NCBI GenBank assembly: GCA_030324005.1
Contig: JARDVH010000121.1
Span: forward strand, 46,733,416 to 46,797,415
DNA from: Negaprion brevirostris
Taxonomy: Eukaryota
DNA length: 64,000 nucleotides
Direction of reading: 5' to 3'
Shown: piece after piece, positions 23,482 through 35,572 of the stretch
How the letters are laid out: each line of letters starts with the position of its first letter
How positions within the stretch are numbered: position 1 is the stretch's first letter
Notes under the pieces: generated by a model
Told to the model about the DNA's origin: nothing
Seen by the model: the letters and a program-made list of their open reading frames with translations, nothing else
Databases searched by the model: none
Translations under genes and position numbers: made by a program

Positions 23482-26400
23482 CTAAGAAGTTTAAATCAGT
23501 CTTGTAGCAAAAAACAAACACAAATAAAATTGGGCAATCTGAGATGCTTGGACTATACTCAGTCACAGCCAATAATTCGCATTGTGATTTTAATGTTGGG
23601 TTTACAGACAGATGCATGGATATTTGACATGGTTGATGAAACAACGCAATCACTAAAAAGTTATTTAATTTTTAAACTTTCATTTAAATGCAGGTGAAGA
23701 GCAAGTAAATTAGGAAATTTGTTATTGTTTTGTGCAGCCAACGTGGTGAAAATTCATGGATTTACATTCCAAGTTTTCAAAAATTCCAATGTTACAAAAA
23801 CCAACAATCCAGGTCACTCTGAACTTTTTAATCACTGCCTTGTCAGTGATAGAATTGTATAGTTCTGAAACAAGCCATCTGCTCCTGCAAACTTGTAGGA
23901 ACCTGACTAGCCTACAGAGTCTAGTAAAGTCTATTTGGAAGCAGCTTAAAGCTCAACTTTCAGATCATTTCTTTAGTTGTAAATGTCGATGACGCAGATT
24001 ACATGGCCATCTTAAAATCTTCCCTTACAGAATACCCAAGCTTCAACGTATCCCTGCTGATGAAGTATCCTTATTGCGAAGCTGTTCCACTGAATGGAAC
24101 CTTGGCATAATTCGCTGGTTCTGAGTGAGTAAAGAGGTCCCATTGTACGTCCAATCGGCTGAAGTAGATGTATAAACTTCATTTGTGAAAACTGCAGAGT
24201 GTGGATGGAAGCGCAACATTCCTCTGTGTGCAACTTTAGTGATAAGACTAACCTAATTAGTTTGTACAAGTGACTTGATTCATTAAAATAGCAGACAGAT
24301 GAATATCATGTCACCATGTTAAAGAATTAAGACTAACATCACAATCTTTTAATTTGTGCCAGGTATCACTAAAGCCAGTTGACAAATCAAAGAGGGCATT
24401 CTCTTTCTGTGCTGAGTTACTTTTAGGGACGCATTTTCTCATTCAGAATAAGTTACATCTGAGAGGCAATCTACAACAATGGAGCCCAAACTCCAACCTT
24501 AGCAGACAGTTCTGGTCATAGCAAAGCAATGCTTTGAACAAGTGCCATAGTTTGGTAAATTCTTGAGGCCTATTATTCATCACTATTGCTTCATCGCAAT
24601 CTCCATGGTGAGAAAGGGAGGGAGGCAGAATCAGCTTTTAACATCCACATCAGCTTTCTGCAGAACAAGGGTCAGATAGATATAAAAAGCATTTTTGTGG
24701 CAGCAAATCATTTGAAACAACAATATAGCCGAGAAACAAAAATAGTAATAGTGTTTCACACAATATACGGAAAGAGTGGGGCAATGTCCTCTGTACATTT
24801 TGTGTAAATAAATTAATAAACCCATTTACAAAGAGTTTGTGATTTTGTTAACTAGTGCAAAACAGAAAACTCATGGCAACACGGAACTGATTAGAAAACA
24901 GTCTAGAGTTCTAATTAATCAGGGATCTAGTCTGCATTTGAGGGCAATTTTATGGCAATTCTGGAGGTGAGGCATGTGGGTACAGCTGTGACACAGCTGC
25001 ATTACTAACAGATTTCTTCAGGGATAAAAGCAGGTCAATTTTGGAGAGGGAGGGGGACTTCAAATGTTTTACTGGACTGTAATCTAATCAGTCTCAATTT
25101 TCAAACAAGGTTCCACAATGAAAGTCCCTTTATTGGTTGGTGTCCAGGTGATTTTGTTAAGCAAAATTCGCAGCACATTCCAACAGCTGGATAAAATCTT
25201 AAATTAAAATTGAATTTCAAACGATTAATGATTCCCCCGACAAGTTTTCTGGTGTTATAATCTCTTCAACAACTATTTGTCTAATTCTAAAATAGTAAAT
25301 TGTCTGACTGGGAAAGTGCACATACAGAAAGCTTGACAAATCCCCATTACATTCCACTATGAGCAAACTTACACAGGCTTTAACTCATTTTAAATGAGCA
25401 AGGCTCTGCCTCTGTAAAAAAGTACCCACACAGTTAAGTAGTTCAAAGTCATTGAGATTTCACATTTTAACTTTGCAAGTTTAAACTTTTTTCCCTCAAA
25501 TTTCCTGATCTTATAAACTGACCCATTTCAATGTTGGTTTATGATACAGAAATGCCTTAACTAGAGGAAAATAATGGAATACCAAGTATAATAACCAGGA
25601 TCTTATCACATTACAGTGAAATCTAGCAAAGTATATTAACATTTGCAGCATTTGATATCTCTGAAATGTAAGCAATTTAATTTTTAAAAAATGCATCTTA
25701 CATTATTTTCAAAATTAAATTTAATGAAGAAGCGAAATCATTCAAATTAGCAGCTTGTTTAAAAAAAAACAAATTCTCGATTGCTCTTTGATCATCTGGA
25801 AATCTCCCACAGCAAAGCCCACAGTAAGTCAGACGGTGGGGATTATCTGGCAAGGAAAATGATTGAGGTTTGAGATAGAAACAAGGGAACAAAATAAATG
25901 ATGAAAAGGGGTAGTTTTTTTTGTATAAACGTTACCAGAGAAAGGTAAAGAAATAATAAAGCTGGCAGAGACGGGAAAGATGAAAGAGGATTAATGAATG
26001 ATTATTTTGTAATTATGGCCTGTAGTTTTGGAGTCCTTCACAGGAAGGAACATTCTCTCTATATCTATCCTATCTAACTCCTTTAGAGTTTTAAAGACTT
26101 CAATCAGGTCACCAATCAGTTGCCCCTTTTCTGAAGAAGGATCCCACCTGTTCAGTCTTCGCTCAGAGTAATGAGTCAGTCTTTGGATCGGTTGGAGTTT
26201 GGAATAGGATGCTTTCTAGGTTAAGGCCGAGAAATCATCATTCTTACCACTTAATTAATTTTTTGGATCAGAAACCAAAAATGCAATTGGTGTTTTTCCT
26301 CCCAATAAGGGTAAGGAAACATTTTCTTTAAAGAATTGGCTACTTTTGGTAACTGCATCTTTTTTTCGTGCTGAATGGCATTACAGCAGGGACCTCTGAT

Positions 26401-27699
26401 ACAGCTGGGTCAAAGAGGTGTAGGTGGCAGCAGTAGCTGGTGAAAGATAAATGCAGGAGCTATGGGGAGATGATGAAAAAGGTACCAAAGGCTACAGTGG
26501 AGAGAGACATATAGGGGAAGAGCAGTCTCTGAACTCAGAGGGCCATAAGTGAGGGGCTTTGATGTTTTGAGATCAGTCAGCGGGAGATTCCACTACAACA
26601 GCAAGAGTAGGGGCAGGTTGGACAGAGGTGAATGGAGAAATGGAACTGCGAACAGGACATCACACATGTTAACAGTGAGGGGGTATAGGAGATGCAAGAG
26701 AAACATATTAACAATGAATAAAGAATGTAGTAAGCAAATTGTGATAAATTAAAAATCAGCAGGACCCCAAGAGGTGCCTTCAGATTCGCAGCTCTTGGCA
26801 AGTAGGAAACAGAGAGAGAAGCAGCACCCCACTACCACATTTGGAGGATCTGTGTATTGAGGGATTGAAGAGGAACCAAATTGTCACCAATTGTCATAAC
26901 GGCTCAAGGATTTTAATACATTTTTGATGACATCTATTCTGCTTGTGGAAAATTCATTTTGTTCTCAACTAGCCATAATCTGTTTAAATGTTGCCCAATA
27001 TGTTGTCACTCAGCAAATGATTGCTCAGGTGTGACATGTTTTCCTAAGTAAAGGGCATGCAGTAATCTCAACGCTTACATTTACACAATGTCTGCATGTA
27101 TTATGGTCCAATGGCAAGTCAAAAGGCAGTTTGCGGGAGCTTTTTAATGGTTGTGCGTTTTACTTTCGTGGTTACCTTTAATGGATTATTTGCTAAAATG
27201 GCATGCAACGTGGATAAAAATGTCAGCCTTCAGCATAATAAAAACATCAGTGACATCACGCAGAGAGGGGAATTGCTATTACAGCCAACAACTTCTCCTG
27301 GCCAAGAGAGCAAAAGCTAACCCAGTCAGTAATGAGTGGCTCCAATAGGGCATAATACTGACTAAGAAAGAGTGAATAGCATCAACTAGGTTCAGGATGG
27401 AAAGGAGGGGCAGGTCCTTTTGTGCAAGTCAACATGCAGAGTGATCATGCTGAAAAAGGTGAAATGTTGTTTGCAACTACCGACCAAAAACTTAAAAGCC
27501 ACATTATGATATGCTGTGTCTAATAAACCCATGCCAGAATTCCAAACTTGGGTAAAGGAGAACTGCAAAACTTTGCACTTTACAGCACTAACTTCTTGTT
27601 AAGGAAATATGAAAGTGGAAATACATTTAGCTGTATTGTGAACATGATGGTTTCCACTAAAATCAATGCACGTAACTAAAATAGTGGCACTCCAACCAC

Positions 27700-29360
27700 C
27701 CTGTAGCTAATCAGAAATTTCTACTGAACAACAATGCCCAAGGTGCTTCATAGAGATATAATCAGACAAAAAGAGATGCTGATCCAATGAAAGAGGTAGT
27801 AGGAGTGGGTAAAGGGTTGGTCAGCTAGGTTTTAATAGGGAAAGGTATATGGTCAGAGAATTCCAAATCATCGAACCAAAACTGCTCGAGGAATGGCTGC
27901 CAGGGGCCGTGTATGTCTATTTTTATCTGTAAATATGGAAGCCATACATGACAGTGATGATAAGTAATACTTGGGTTGGGACAAGAAAGAGTTCTGGATG
28001 AGCTTGAGTTTACAGAGTGTAAGAGGGTGGAACTTTAGCCAGGATGGCATTGATATTGCAGAGATTGAAGGTGATACAGGCAATGGCTTAGAGATGAAGG
28101 AACACGGCTGAAGCATGGACAGCAGGAGGCAATGCTACAAAGGAGGAGACAGACCAAATCTGTGCTTAATAGGATATGCAAACTGGAGCTCAGCCAAGGT
28201 GGCAAACAGACTGATGCAAACTTAGGGAATGGTCAGGAAGAAAGACAAGAGTCAGATACAAATCTCAAGTCTATTCTGCCATTTCCTTATATCTACATCA
28301 TGCCTCTAAACAATGAAATGTTCAGTTCAGTCTTAAACATTTCAATTGACCCAGCATCCACAGCTTTGACAGAGAGCATCACATTTACATTTATGTGAAA
28401 AAGTGCTTCTGAACTTGACTCCTGAACAGGCTACCTCTAAATGGTCTCTCTCTAATTTTAAACTGTGGCCTCTTGTACTGGAACCACATTCTCTTTCCTC
28501 CCACACATACTAAAGGAATAGCTTCTCCACATCTGCTTCATCAAATTGTTTTATTATTTAATTATATTAATATAATCACCCTCAATTTTCCAAACCCAGG
28601 AGAATCCAAACTAAGTTTGAACTGTCTGATTTCATAATTTAACCTTTTTATCCCTGATTTCGTTTTTGTAAATCTATGGCCCTTATTGGGCTAATTTATA
28701 CTCGTGGAAGTTTAGTGTCTGGAAATCAATGTAACACTCCAGATGAGGTTTGGCCAGTGCTTTGTACAAATGAAGCATGTTGTTCTCCACTGTGAAGTCT
28801 AATAATGAGAGATTGCCGAAAGACTAGAAATAAGATATCAGGATATGGAGTTTTGGACACCAAAGTCAATGCCTTTAGTTTTGTCNNNNNNNNNNATCTA
28901 ATTCAAAGGAACATGCAGCTTATCCAAGATGGAATGTTGACTGAACTGTCCCAGCCTTGAGACAGCCGATGGGTTGAGAAGTGGTGGAGAAACAGAGTTG
29001 ATGACGTTGGTGTAACTGTGGAAGCTATCACCACAGGGCAGAACGTAGGGTACAAAATAGAAGGGGTCCAAAGACAGATCCTTGAGAACTCCAAAGGATA
29101 ATGTGGAGACAAAAAGGAAAGCCACTAATGAAGACTGTCCGATCAGAGTGTACGACCAGAGCGAAAGCAAATAATGACAGTGCCACAGAGTTGGAAATGG
29201 AGGACGATGTGATCCACAGTACCAAAGTCTAGAAAGGGGTAAATAGGAATGAGGAGGGAGAACGCACCACAGCTATAGAGAGGATGTAATATAATTTGTG
29301 ACTTTTATTAGGGCTGTTTCAGCACTGTGGCAGGGGACAGAAGCCTGATGGGAGAGATTA
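27700..29360 (-). mobile_element. L2-clade LINE fragments with a CR1 fragment (~28280-28790) inserted
   Basis: Minus-strand remnants SSQGSVFGPLLF, FHSY and KLKLIQNS, typical of L2 RT. Decayed. Confidence 0.6.
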
Positions 29361-29369
29361 ATATATCAA

Positions 29370-30022
29370 CATACGAACTAAGAGGAGCAAGCCCCTTGAG
29401 CCCATTCCACTAGTCAATAAGATTGCAACCTCCAGCCTACCCGTAATAACTTTTTCACCCCCTTGTTTATCAAGAATCTATCTACCTCTGCCTTAAAAAT
29501 ATTCAAAGGCTGTTTCTACCACCTTTTGAGGAACAGAGTTCCAAAGACACCCTACCCACAGAGAAGGAAATTCTCCTCATCTCTGTCTTAAGTGGGCGAC
29601 CCTTTACTTTTAAGCAGTGGTCCCTAGTTCTATATTCTTCACCGAAGAGGAAGCATCCTTTCCACCTCCACCTTGGCAAGACCATTCAAGATCTTAAATG
29701 TTTTAAGCAATCAAGTTGCCTCCAGTGGATACAAGCCTCACCTGTCCAACCTTTCCTCATAAGACAACTTACCCATTCCTCAGTTTAGTAAACCTTTCCT
29801 GAACTGCTTCTAATTCATTTACATCCTTCCTCGAAAAAGGAAACCAAAACTGTACACTGCACTCCAAATGTGATCTCACTGGTGTTCTGTGTTACTGAAG
29901 TATAACCTATATGTTTTTGAATTCAATTTCCTTCAATAAATGATAAAGTTCTATTATGTTTCCTAATTACTTGCTATATCTGTATACTAGCCTCTTGAAA
30001 TTCACGCACTAGGACACCCAGG
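29370..30022 (-). mobile_element. CR1 LINE 3' end
   Basis: RTRDHCLKVKGRPLKTEMRR on the minus strand, with a CR1 3' UTR near 29370. Confidence 0.85.
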
Positions 30023-30024
30023 AT

Positions 30025-31050
30025 GTGAAGATACTGGTGTTGGACTGGGGCGATGCCACTGAGAAGTCTCACACCAGGCTAAAGTCCAACAGGCTTATTT
30101 GGTATCATGAGCTTTCGGAGCGCTGCTCTTTCATCNNNNNNNNNNNNNNNNNNNNNNNNNNNNNNNNNNNNNNNNNNNNNNNNNNNNNNNNNNNNNNNNN
30201 NNNNNNNNNNNNNNNNNNNNNNNNNNNNNNNNNNNNNNNNNNNNNNNNNNNNNNNNNNNNNNNNNNNNNNNNNNNNNNNNNNNNNNNNNNNNNNNNNNNN
30301 NNNNNNNNNNNNNNNNNNNNNNNNNNNNNNNNNNNNNNNNNNNNNNNNNNNNNNNNNNNNNNNNNNNNNNNNNNNNNNNNNNNNNNNNNNNNNNNNNNNN
30401 NNNNNNNNNNNNNNNNNNNNNNNNNNNNNNNNNNNNNNNNNNNNNNNNNNNNNNNNNNNNNNNNNNNNNNNNNNNNNNNNNNNNNNNNNNNNNNNNNNNN
30501 NNNNNNNNNNNNNNNNNNNNNNNNNNNNNNNNNNNNNNNNNNNNNNNNNNNNNNNNNNNNNNNNNNNNNNNNNNNNNNNNNNNNNNNNNNNNNNNNNNNN
30601 NNNNNNNNNNNNNNNNNNNNNNNNNNNNNNNNNNNNNNNNNNNNNNNNNNNNNNNNNNNNNNNNNNNNNNNNNNNNNNNNNNNNNNNNNNNNNNNNNNNN
30701 NNNNNNNNNNNNNNNNNNNNNNNNNNNNNNNNNNNNNNNNNNNNNNNNNNNNNNNNNNNNNNNNNNNNNNNNNNNNNNNNNNNNNNNNNNNNNNNNNNNN
30801 NNNNNNNNNNNNNNNNNNNNNNNNNNNNNNNNNNNNNNNNNNNNNNNNNNNTAAAGTCCAACAGGCTTATTTGGTATCATGAGCTTTCAGAGCGCTGCTC
30901 TTTCATCACGAGTGGAGAATTGGGTTCACAAACATGGCATATATAGACTAGGACTCAATTGCAAGATAATGGTTGGAATGAGAGTCTTAACTGTTGTGAA
31001 GGGGATAATCCTTTTCTCCACTCACACTGTCTGTACCTGTAAAGACTCAC
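30025..31050. mobile_element. Penelope-like terminal repeat sequence inserted in CR1 (spans a gap)
   Basis: ACACCAGGCTAAAGTCCAACAGGCTTATTTGGTATCATGAGCTTTCGGAGCGCTGCTC, with a related copy at 58555-58656. The Penelope assignment is from recall. Confidence 0.5.
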
Positions 31051-31069
31051 CTGGAAAAGACCCAATTAT

Positions 31070-31480
31070 GCTAACTTTTTGCTCCTGTTAGCTTGCCAAT
31101 CTTCTATCCATGCCAATATGTTAGCCCTATACCATGAGCTTCTATTTTCTGCAATAGTCTTTGACACCGCACCTTATAAAATGCTTTCTGGAAATCTAAG
31201 ATTAGTACATTCACTGATTCCCCTTTATTCACAACATGTGACTCCTTCAAAGAGCTCCAATGGTTAAATAGAACTTCCATTTCACAAAACCATCTGTCTG
31301 AGTCTCTTGAATCTTTTTAAGTATCTTGCCAACATGTCTTTAATAATGGCTTATAGCATTTTCCCCATGACAGCTGTTAACAGGCCTGTACTTGCCTGCT
31401 TTCTGTCCCCTTCTCTTTTTGAATAACAGGGTTATATTTGCTATTTTCCAATCCAGTGGAACTTTCCCCAAATCTGGGAA
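31070..31480 (-). mobile_element. CR1 LINE RT fragment
   Basis: DLGKVPLDWKIANITLLFKKRRGQKAGKYRPV on the minus strand. Confidence 0.85.
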
Positions 31481-33478
31481 TCTGCATGGAGTCAAAGCAA
31501 ATATAGTCACGGATTTAGGAATACGTAACCATTTCAAGGGCTTGAAATAATCTGACATTTATTGACAAAATGGATACAGCACGGAAGGAGACCAGTCTGC
31601 CATCATTCTGAGCTGAACCTCTGCAGGAGCAATTTATCTAGTGTCACTATTCCCCCAGCCTTTTTTAAATTCATTCTAGGGATATGGGGATCGCTGGCTA
31701 GGCCAGCTTTTAGGAAGAGAGTTACCTAGCATCAAATTCTTAGCTTTGATGCAGTCTTTTAGCCACAATATTTATATTACCTGTCCAGCTCAATGCCTGG
31801 TCAATGGTAACCCTAGGATATTGATAATAGAGGATTCAGCCATGGTAATGTCATTGAATGTCAAAAGGCTTTTCCCCTTAGCCCTGCAAATGCTTTCCCC
31901 ATCAGATAATGGCTTAGTTCCTTTGATATAATTTATTTTGAAATTGTTATACAAATGATCATTTTTTATTGATAGAGAGTAAGCAAACTACATTATTCAT
32001 TTACAGGGTCCAGTCCTCAAACAAAAAGATGATGCACCGAGGTCAAATTTAACAAAAACATGTGGGCCAATGGTTCCCTGATGCACTCTCTAAAGCAACA
32101 CTAGATTTGATTTGCCAAACAATCAGTATTCTGTCTGCATGCATTATAAATTGTTGCTCCCATTTTTTATTGTTTGATATTCTTGCTTCTGTCCTGATGA
32201 ATTTAAAAAGTTCAACAGCATGACTTTATTTTAATGAAACTGAACATTGTAGGAACACAGCAAATACCACCAGACAACCTGTGGTTGTTGGGTTAGGAGG
32301 TGCACCTTTGTAATGTGCATCACTGTAAATAAATGCTTACAGTTGTGTGTCAGGCTTCCGTTCAATCATACAGCACCTAGATTTCTGGAATGCAACAACT
32401 GCTGGTAGAGAGTGGAACTGCCTGACATTCCAAGTCGTAACTGCACTCCTGCATTAACAGTAAAGCTTCTGAGATCCCCAGAAAGTGAGATCCCATTTTA
32501 AATGGTCAGTGATAGGGAGCTTTGGCTGAGGCTCCAATAAGACAGCAACTAACACTGATCTCTTAAAAATATCAAAGACAACTGCACAGTTTACAATTTC
32601 CAGGCATACCAATGCTACACTGCTGAATCCTGGCTTTTGTTGTGCCATGTTTTCTCTCCTTGTCATAATAACAACGCAATTTTAAGTTGCCTTTTTTCCA
32701 ACTCACATGTTCCCCTGCCCTTCACCTCTGCCACCTCAGAAATAAACTCGCTGTGAATTTTGCATCCCAGTATCACCTGGTACAGGAATAGAAGCAACAA
32801 ATAAATTGTATTAGATTGAATGCTGCCATTCTGGTTTGAAATATTTTCAGTGTGTATGCTATGTGGCTAACAGATACAAGACAAGAAGTGGAATTTCAAG
32901 ACATTGATCTGAATAAAGCCCAATATTTCTGTGATATGATACACTGTTGACTAATCAGTATGGCTTCTTGTTGGATTGCAAGTGAATGCACAATTTGAAA
33001 GGCACACGTTTTGAAGTTTTTTTTTACACAATGGATGCCAGGAAATAAATTTAAGGTTTAATTTGTAACGATAGCCAAACAGCATATTATATCCTTGCTG
33101 TATTGTGTGACATCACTTTATGCAGGAAATCGCTGGAGCAGGCAATGGTCAGAAGTGGAGTGGTCTTTAGCAGATGGCTTGCAAGAATCCTCATTAAGCC
33201 TGAAGGAGGTGTAGATACTTAAGTTAATCCTTTGAGGACTGCAGTGGCATTTCTGCGACATTCTTTAAAAAAAGTGAGTGATGTGTGAATTTATTACTAA
33301 GTATTGCTAGTGCTTGATAATATTGCAATTAAGTTTGATAATTTGTTTACAATATTTCTTTTGAAGCCATTTCAAAAACCTAAAGATTCATAATTAGCAT
33401 CAAAAGTTGCGTCCTCAAAGGATTAAATACATTTGATAAACAGGTTTCAGGGCACTTTTCCCATTCAGCTTCCCATAC

Positions 33479-33738
33479 CTGAGAAGTTTATACTTGGACA
33501 CAAAGGCTTTAGTGCACTCCGGGTGTGAGCACGTGTAGGGCCTCTCTCCTGTGTGAGAGTATGAATGGACTTTAAGTTTGTCAACACTGCTGAAGAATGC
33601 TCCGCAGATCAGGCACTCAAGGGTTCTCCTTGGCTTTGACTCCTTCCCTTTCCATTTGGCTTCTAAAACCTTCTGCGTATCTTCCTTCTGTTTTGTTATT
33701 GTGATTTGACTTAGGTCATCAGTGGCAACAGCTGCCAT
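33479..33738 (-). CDS. PLAGL2: PLAG-family zinc finger protein (PLAGL2), first coding exon: N-terminus, ZF1 and most of ZF2
   Basis: ATG at 33738 in a good Kozak context (GCAATGG) gives MAAVATDDLS...CLICGAFFSSVDKLKVHSYSHTGERPYTCSHPECTKAFVSKYKLLR. Donor CAG|GTATGG at 33479/33478 splits the Arg codon (AG|G), in phase with the next exon. 260 coding nt put this Arg at residue 87, the same number as in human PLAGL2 as I recall it. Confidence 0.92.
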
Positions 33739-33854
33739 TGCAGCCTTACAGGCCAAGTCCCTAGAAAAATGGGGCTTTACCCACCTTCTCGCTACCAAGT
33801 GTATTTCCTGTGTTTTCAGTCTGTGTATTATGATCACTTCCAGTTGATAGATAC
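33739..33854 (-). other. Probable 5' UTR part of the first coding exon
   Basis: Candidate acceptor gatgcaacag|GTATC at 33855/33854. An alternative AG at 33878-33877 lies closer to the pyrimidine tract. There is no upstream ATG in this segment. The boundary is uncertain. Confidence 0.5.
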
Positions 33855-35227
33855 CTGTTGCATCCAGAGTTTAAGGCTGCTTCAGCAAAATGGGAGGAGT
33901 AGAGAAATTTTAGGCCTAAAAGTCAAATTAAATACAAAGATTAACATTTCTAAACATGACAATCATTACATTTGTGTACCTTTATTTATTAAATGCCTTT
34001 GGGCTAGCTATGACCAAAGATTCTATGATTCTCTGATAATCCAGTATGTTCAGGCTCCCATTCTGTTCTCATGAAGAAATGTATTTTTTACCAAAGGCAA
34101 TTTTATTCAAAATTATGTACATCTAGATCGGAAAATCATACTAGTCCTCTGTCAAAGGTACATGCACACCAGACTTTGTAAAAGCCATCTTCACTTAACA
34201 TGCATCCAATTAACTCATTAAGAATATGCACCTGAGGTTGGATAGGATTGTGAACCAAGTGACTCATGTCCAGAAGTTTTAGAAGTTGGTTCCTTCATGT
34301 ACAATGAGCAAAATCATGCCGAAACATCAAAAAGAGGCCAGGTAGTTGTCTCTCCACATGGGAAAAATAAAATTTGAGACAAATAACATACAAGAGCAAG
34401 CCAACTTAGGCTACCTTTTCAGCACCTCAGATCATTACACTGGCAAAACGACAGTGCAACGAGCTTGATTATACATTGCTGTTTGGTTGGAAATTTAAAA
34501 AGTGTGGTAACTACCTTAACATAAACAGCAAAATAACAAAGACATAAAAAACATAAACTGGAAATTTAAACAACTTAATCTAAAATAATGCACATGTTCT
34601 AATCTTTGAGAAGTGAAATCCCAGATTCTTCAGATAAAATCATTATAGCAGTATTTCTGGAGAACAAAATACTCCACAAAAGCAAAATTGAGGTTGTTGC
34701 AAAATAATGAACAAAAGACATCAAACACCTTTCTACTGATAGCAGATGGGGATCAAGTCTTTCGGTATAATCCAGGAAAACATTATAGTACTTTAGTGCA
34801 ATTCTTTCAAAGGTGTCACCTTTCTGATGAGCCCCAGGCATTGTTGACCCTGATGGCTTAAGTGCCATGTCACTACTCAAAGAAAAGCAGAAAGTTCTGC
34901 TGATATTCTGGTTAACATTCCTCCCTCAACTAACACTATAAATGAGATCATCCACCTCAGTGTTGTTAGTGGACTATAGTTAATGGCTCCTGTATGTGTT
35001 AATGTAACTCTCATTGCTCTTCAAAGGAACTAACTCAGAAGTAATGAGGCGGGTAAAATTAGGGACCTTGTGGTGAAGGATCCTCTTGGGGAGAGTGATC
35101 ATTGTATGGTGGAGTTTCTGGTGCAGANNNNNNNNNNNNNNNNNNNNNNNNNNNNNNNNNNNNNNNNNNNNNNNNNNNNNNNNNNNNNNNNNNNNNNNNN
35201 NNNNNNNNNNNNNNNNNNNNNNNNNNN

Positions 35228-35377
35228 TTTTGATAGGCGAGGGGATTAAGGGTTATGGGGAGAGGGCGGGAGTGTGGAACTGAGCCAGGACAGATCAGCC
35301 ATGATCTTATTGAATGGCAGGGCAGGCTCAAAGGGCTGGATGGCCTACTCCTGCTCCTACTTCTTATGTTCTTATGT
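35228..35377 (+). mobile_element. CR1 3' tail
   Basis: GATCAGCCATGATCTTATTGAATGGC...GGCCTACTCCTGCTCCTACTTCTTATGTTCTTATG. Confidence 0.85.
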
Positions 35378-35506
35378 CGTTACAGAAACGCAAGTCTTCC
35401 CTTTTGATCATCTGAACAGAAATTTCTGAATTTGCTTACTTTGGATGTGGTGCTGAAGTGTCACTGGTGTCCTGGTCAGAGGACAAGGAGAATCACACAT
35501 ATTGTT

Positions 35507-35510
<4 letters not shown>

Positions 35511-35568
<58 letters not shown>
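35511..35568. repeat. (TG)29 microsatellite, ~1.7 kb upstream of the first coding exon
   Basis: Uninterrupted TG run. Confidence 0.98.

Positions 35569-35572
<4 letters not shown>

Larger units (their letters stand above)
17204..33478 (-). other. PLAGL2 intron between the two coding exons (~16.3 kb, GT-AG, phase 2)
   Basis: Canonical GT donor and AG acceptor that restore the KYKLLR|HMATH zinc finger. Confidence 0.9.

Noticed and set aside
33415-33478. Read-through YGKLNGKSALKPVYQMYLIL after KYKLLR
   Set aside because: It lies past a canonical donor and would break ZF2. There is no evidence of a retained-intron isoform.
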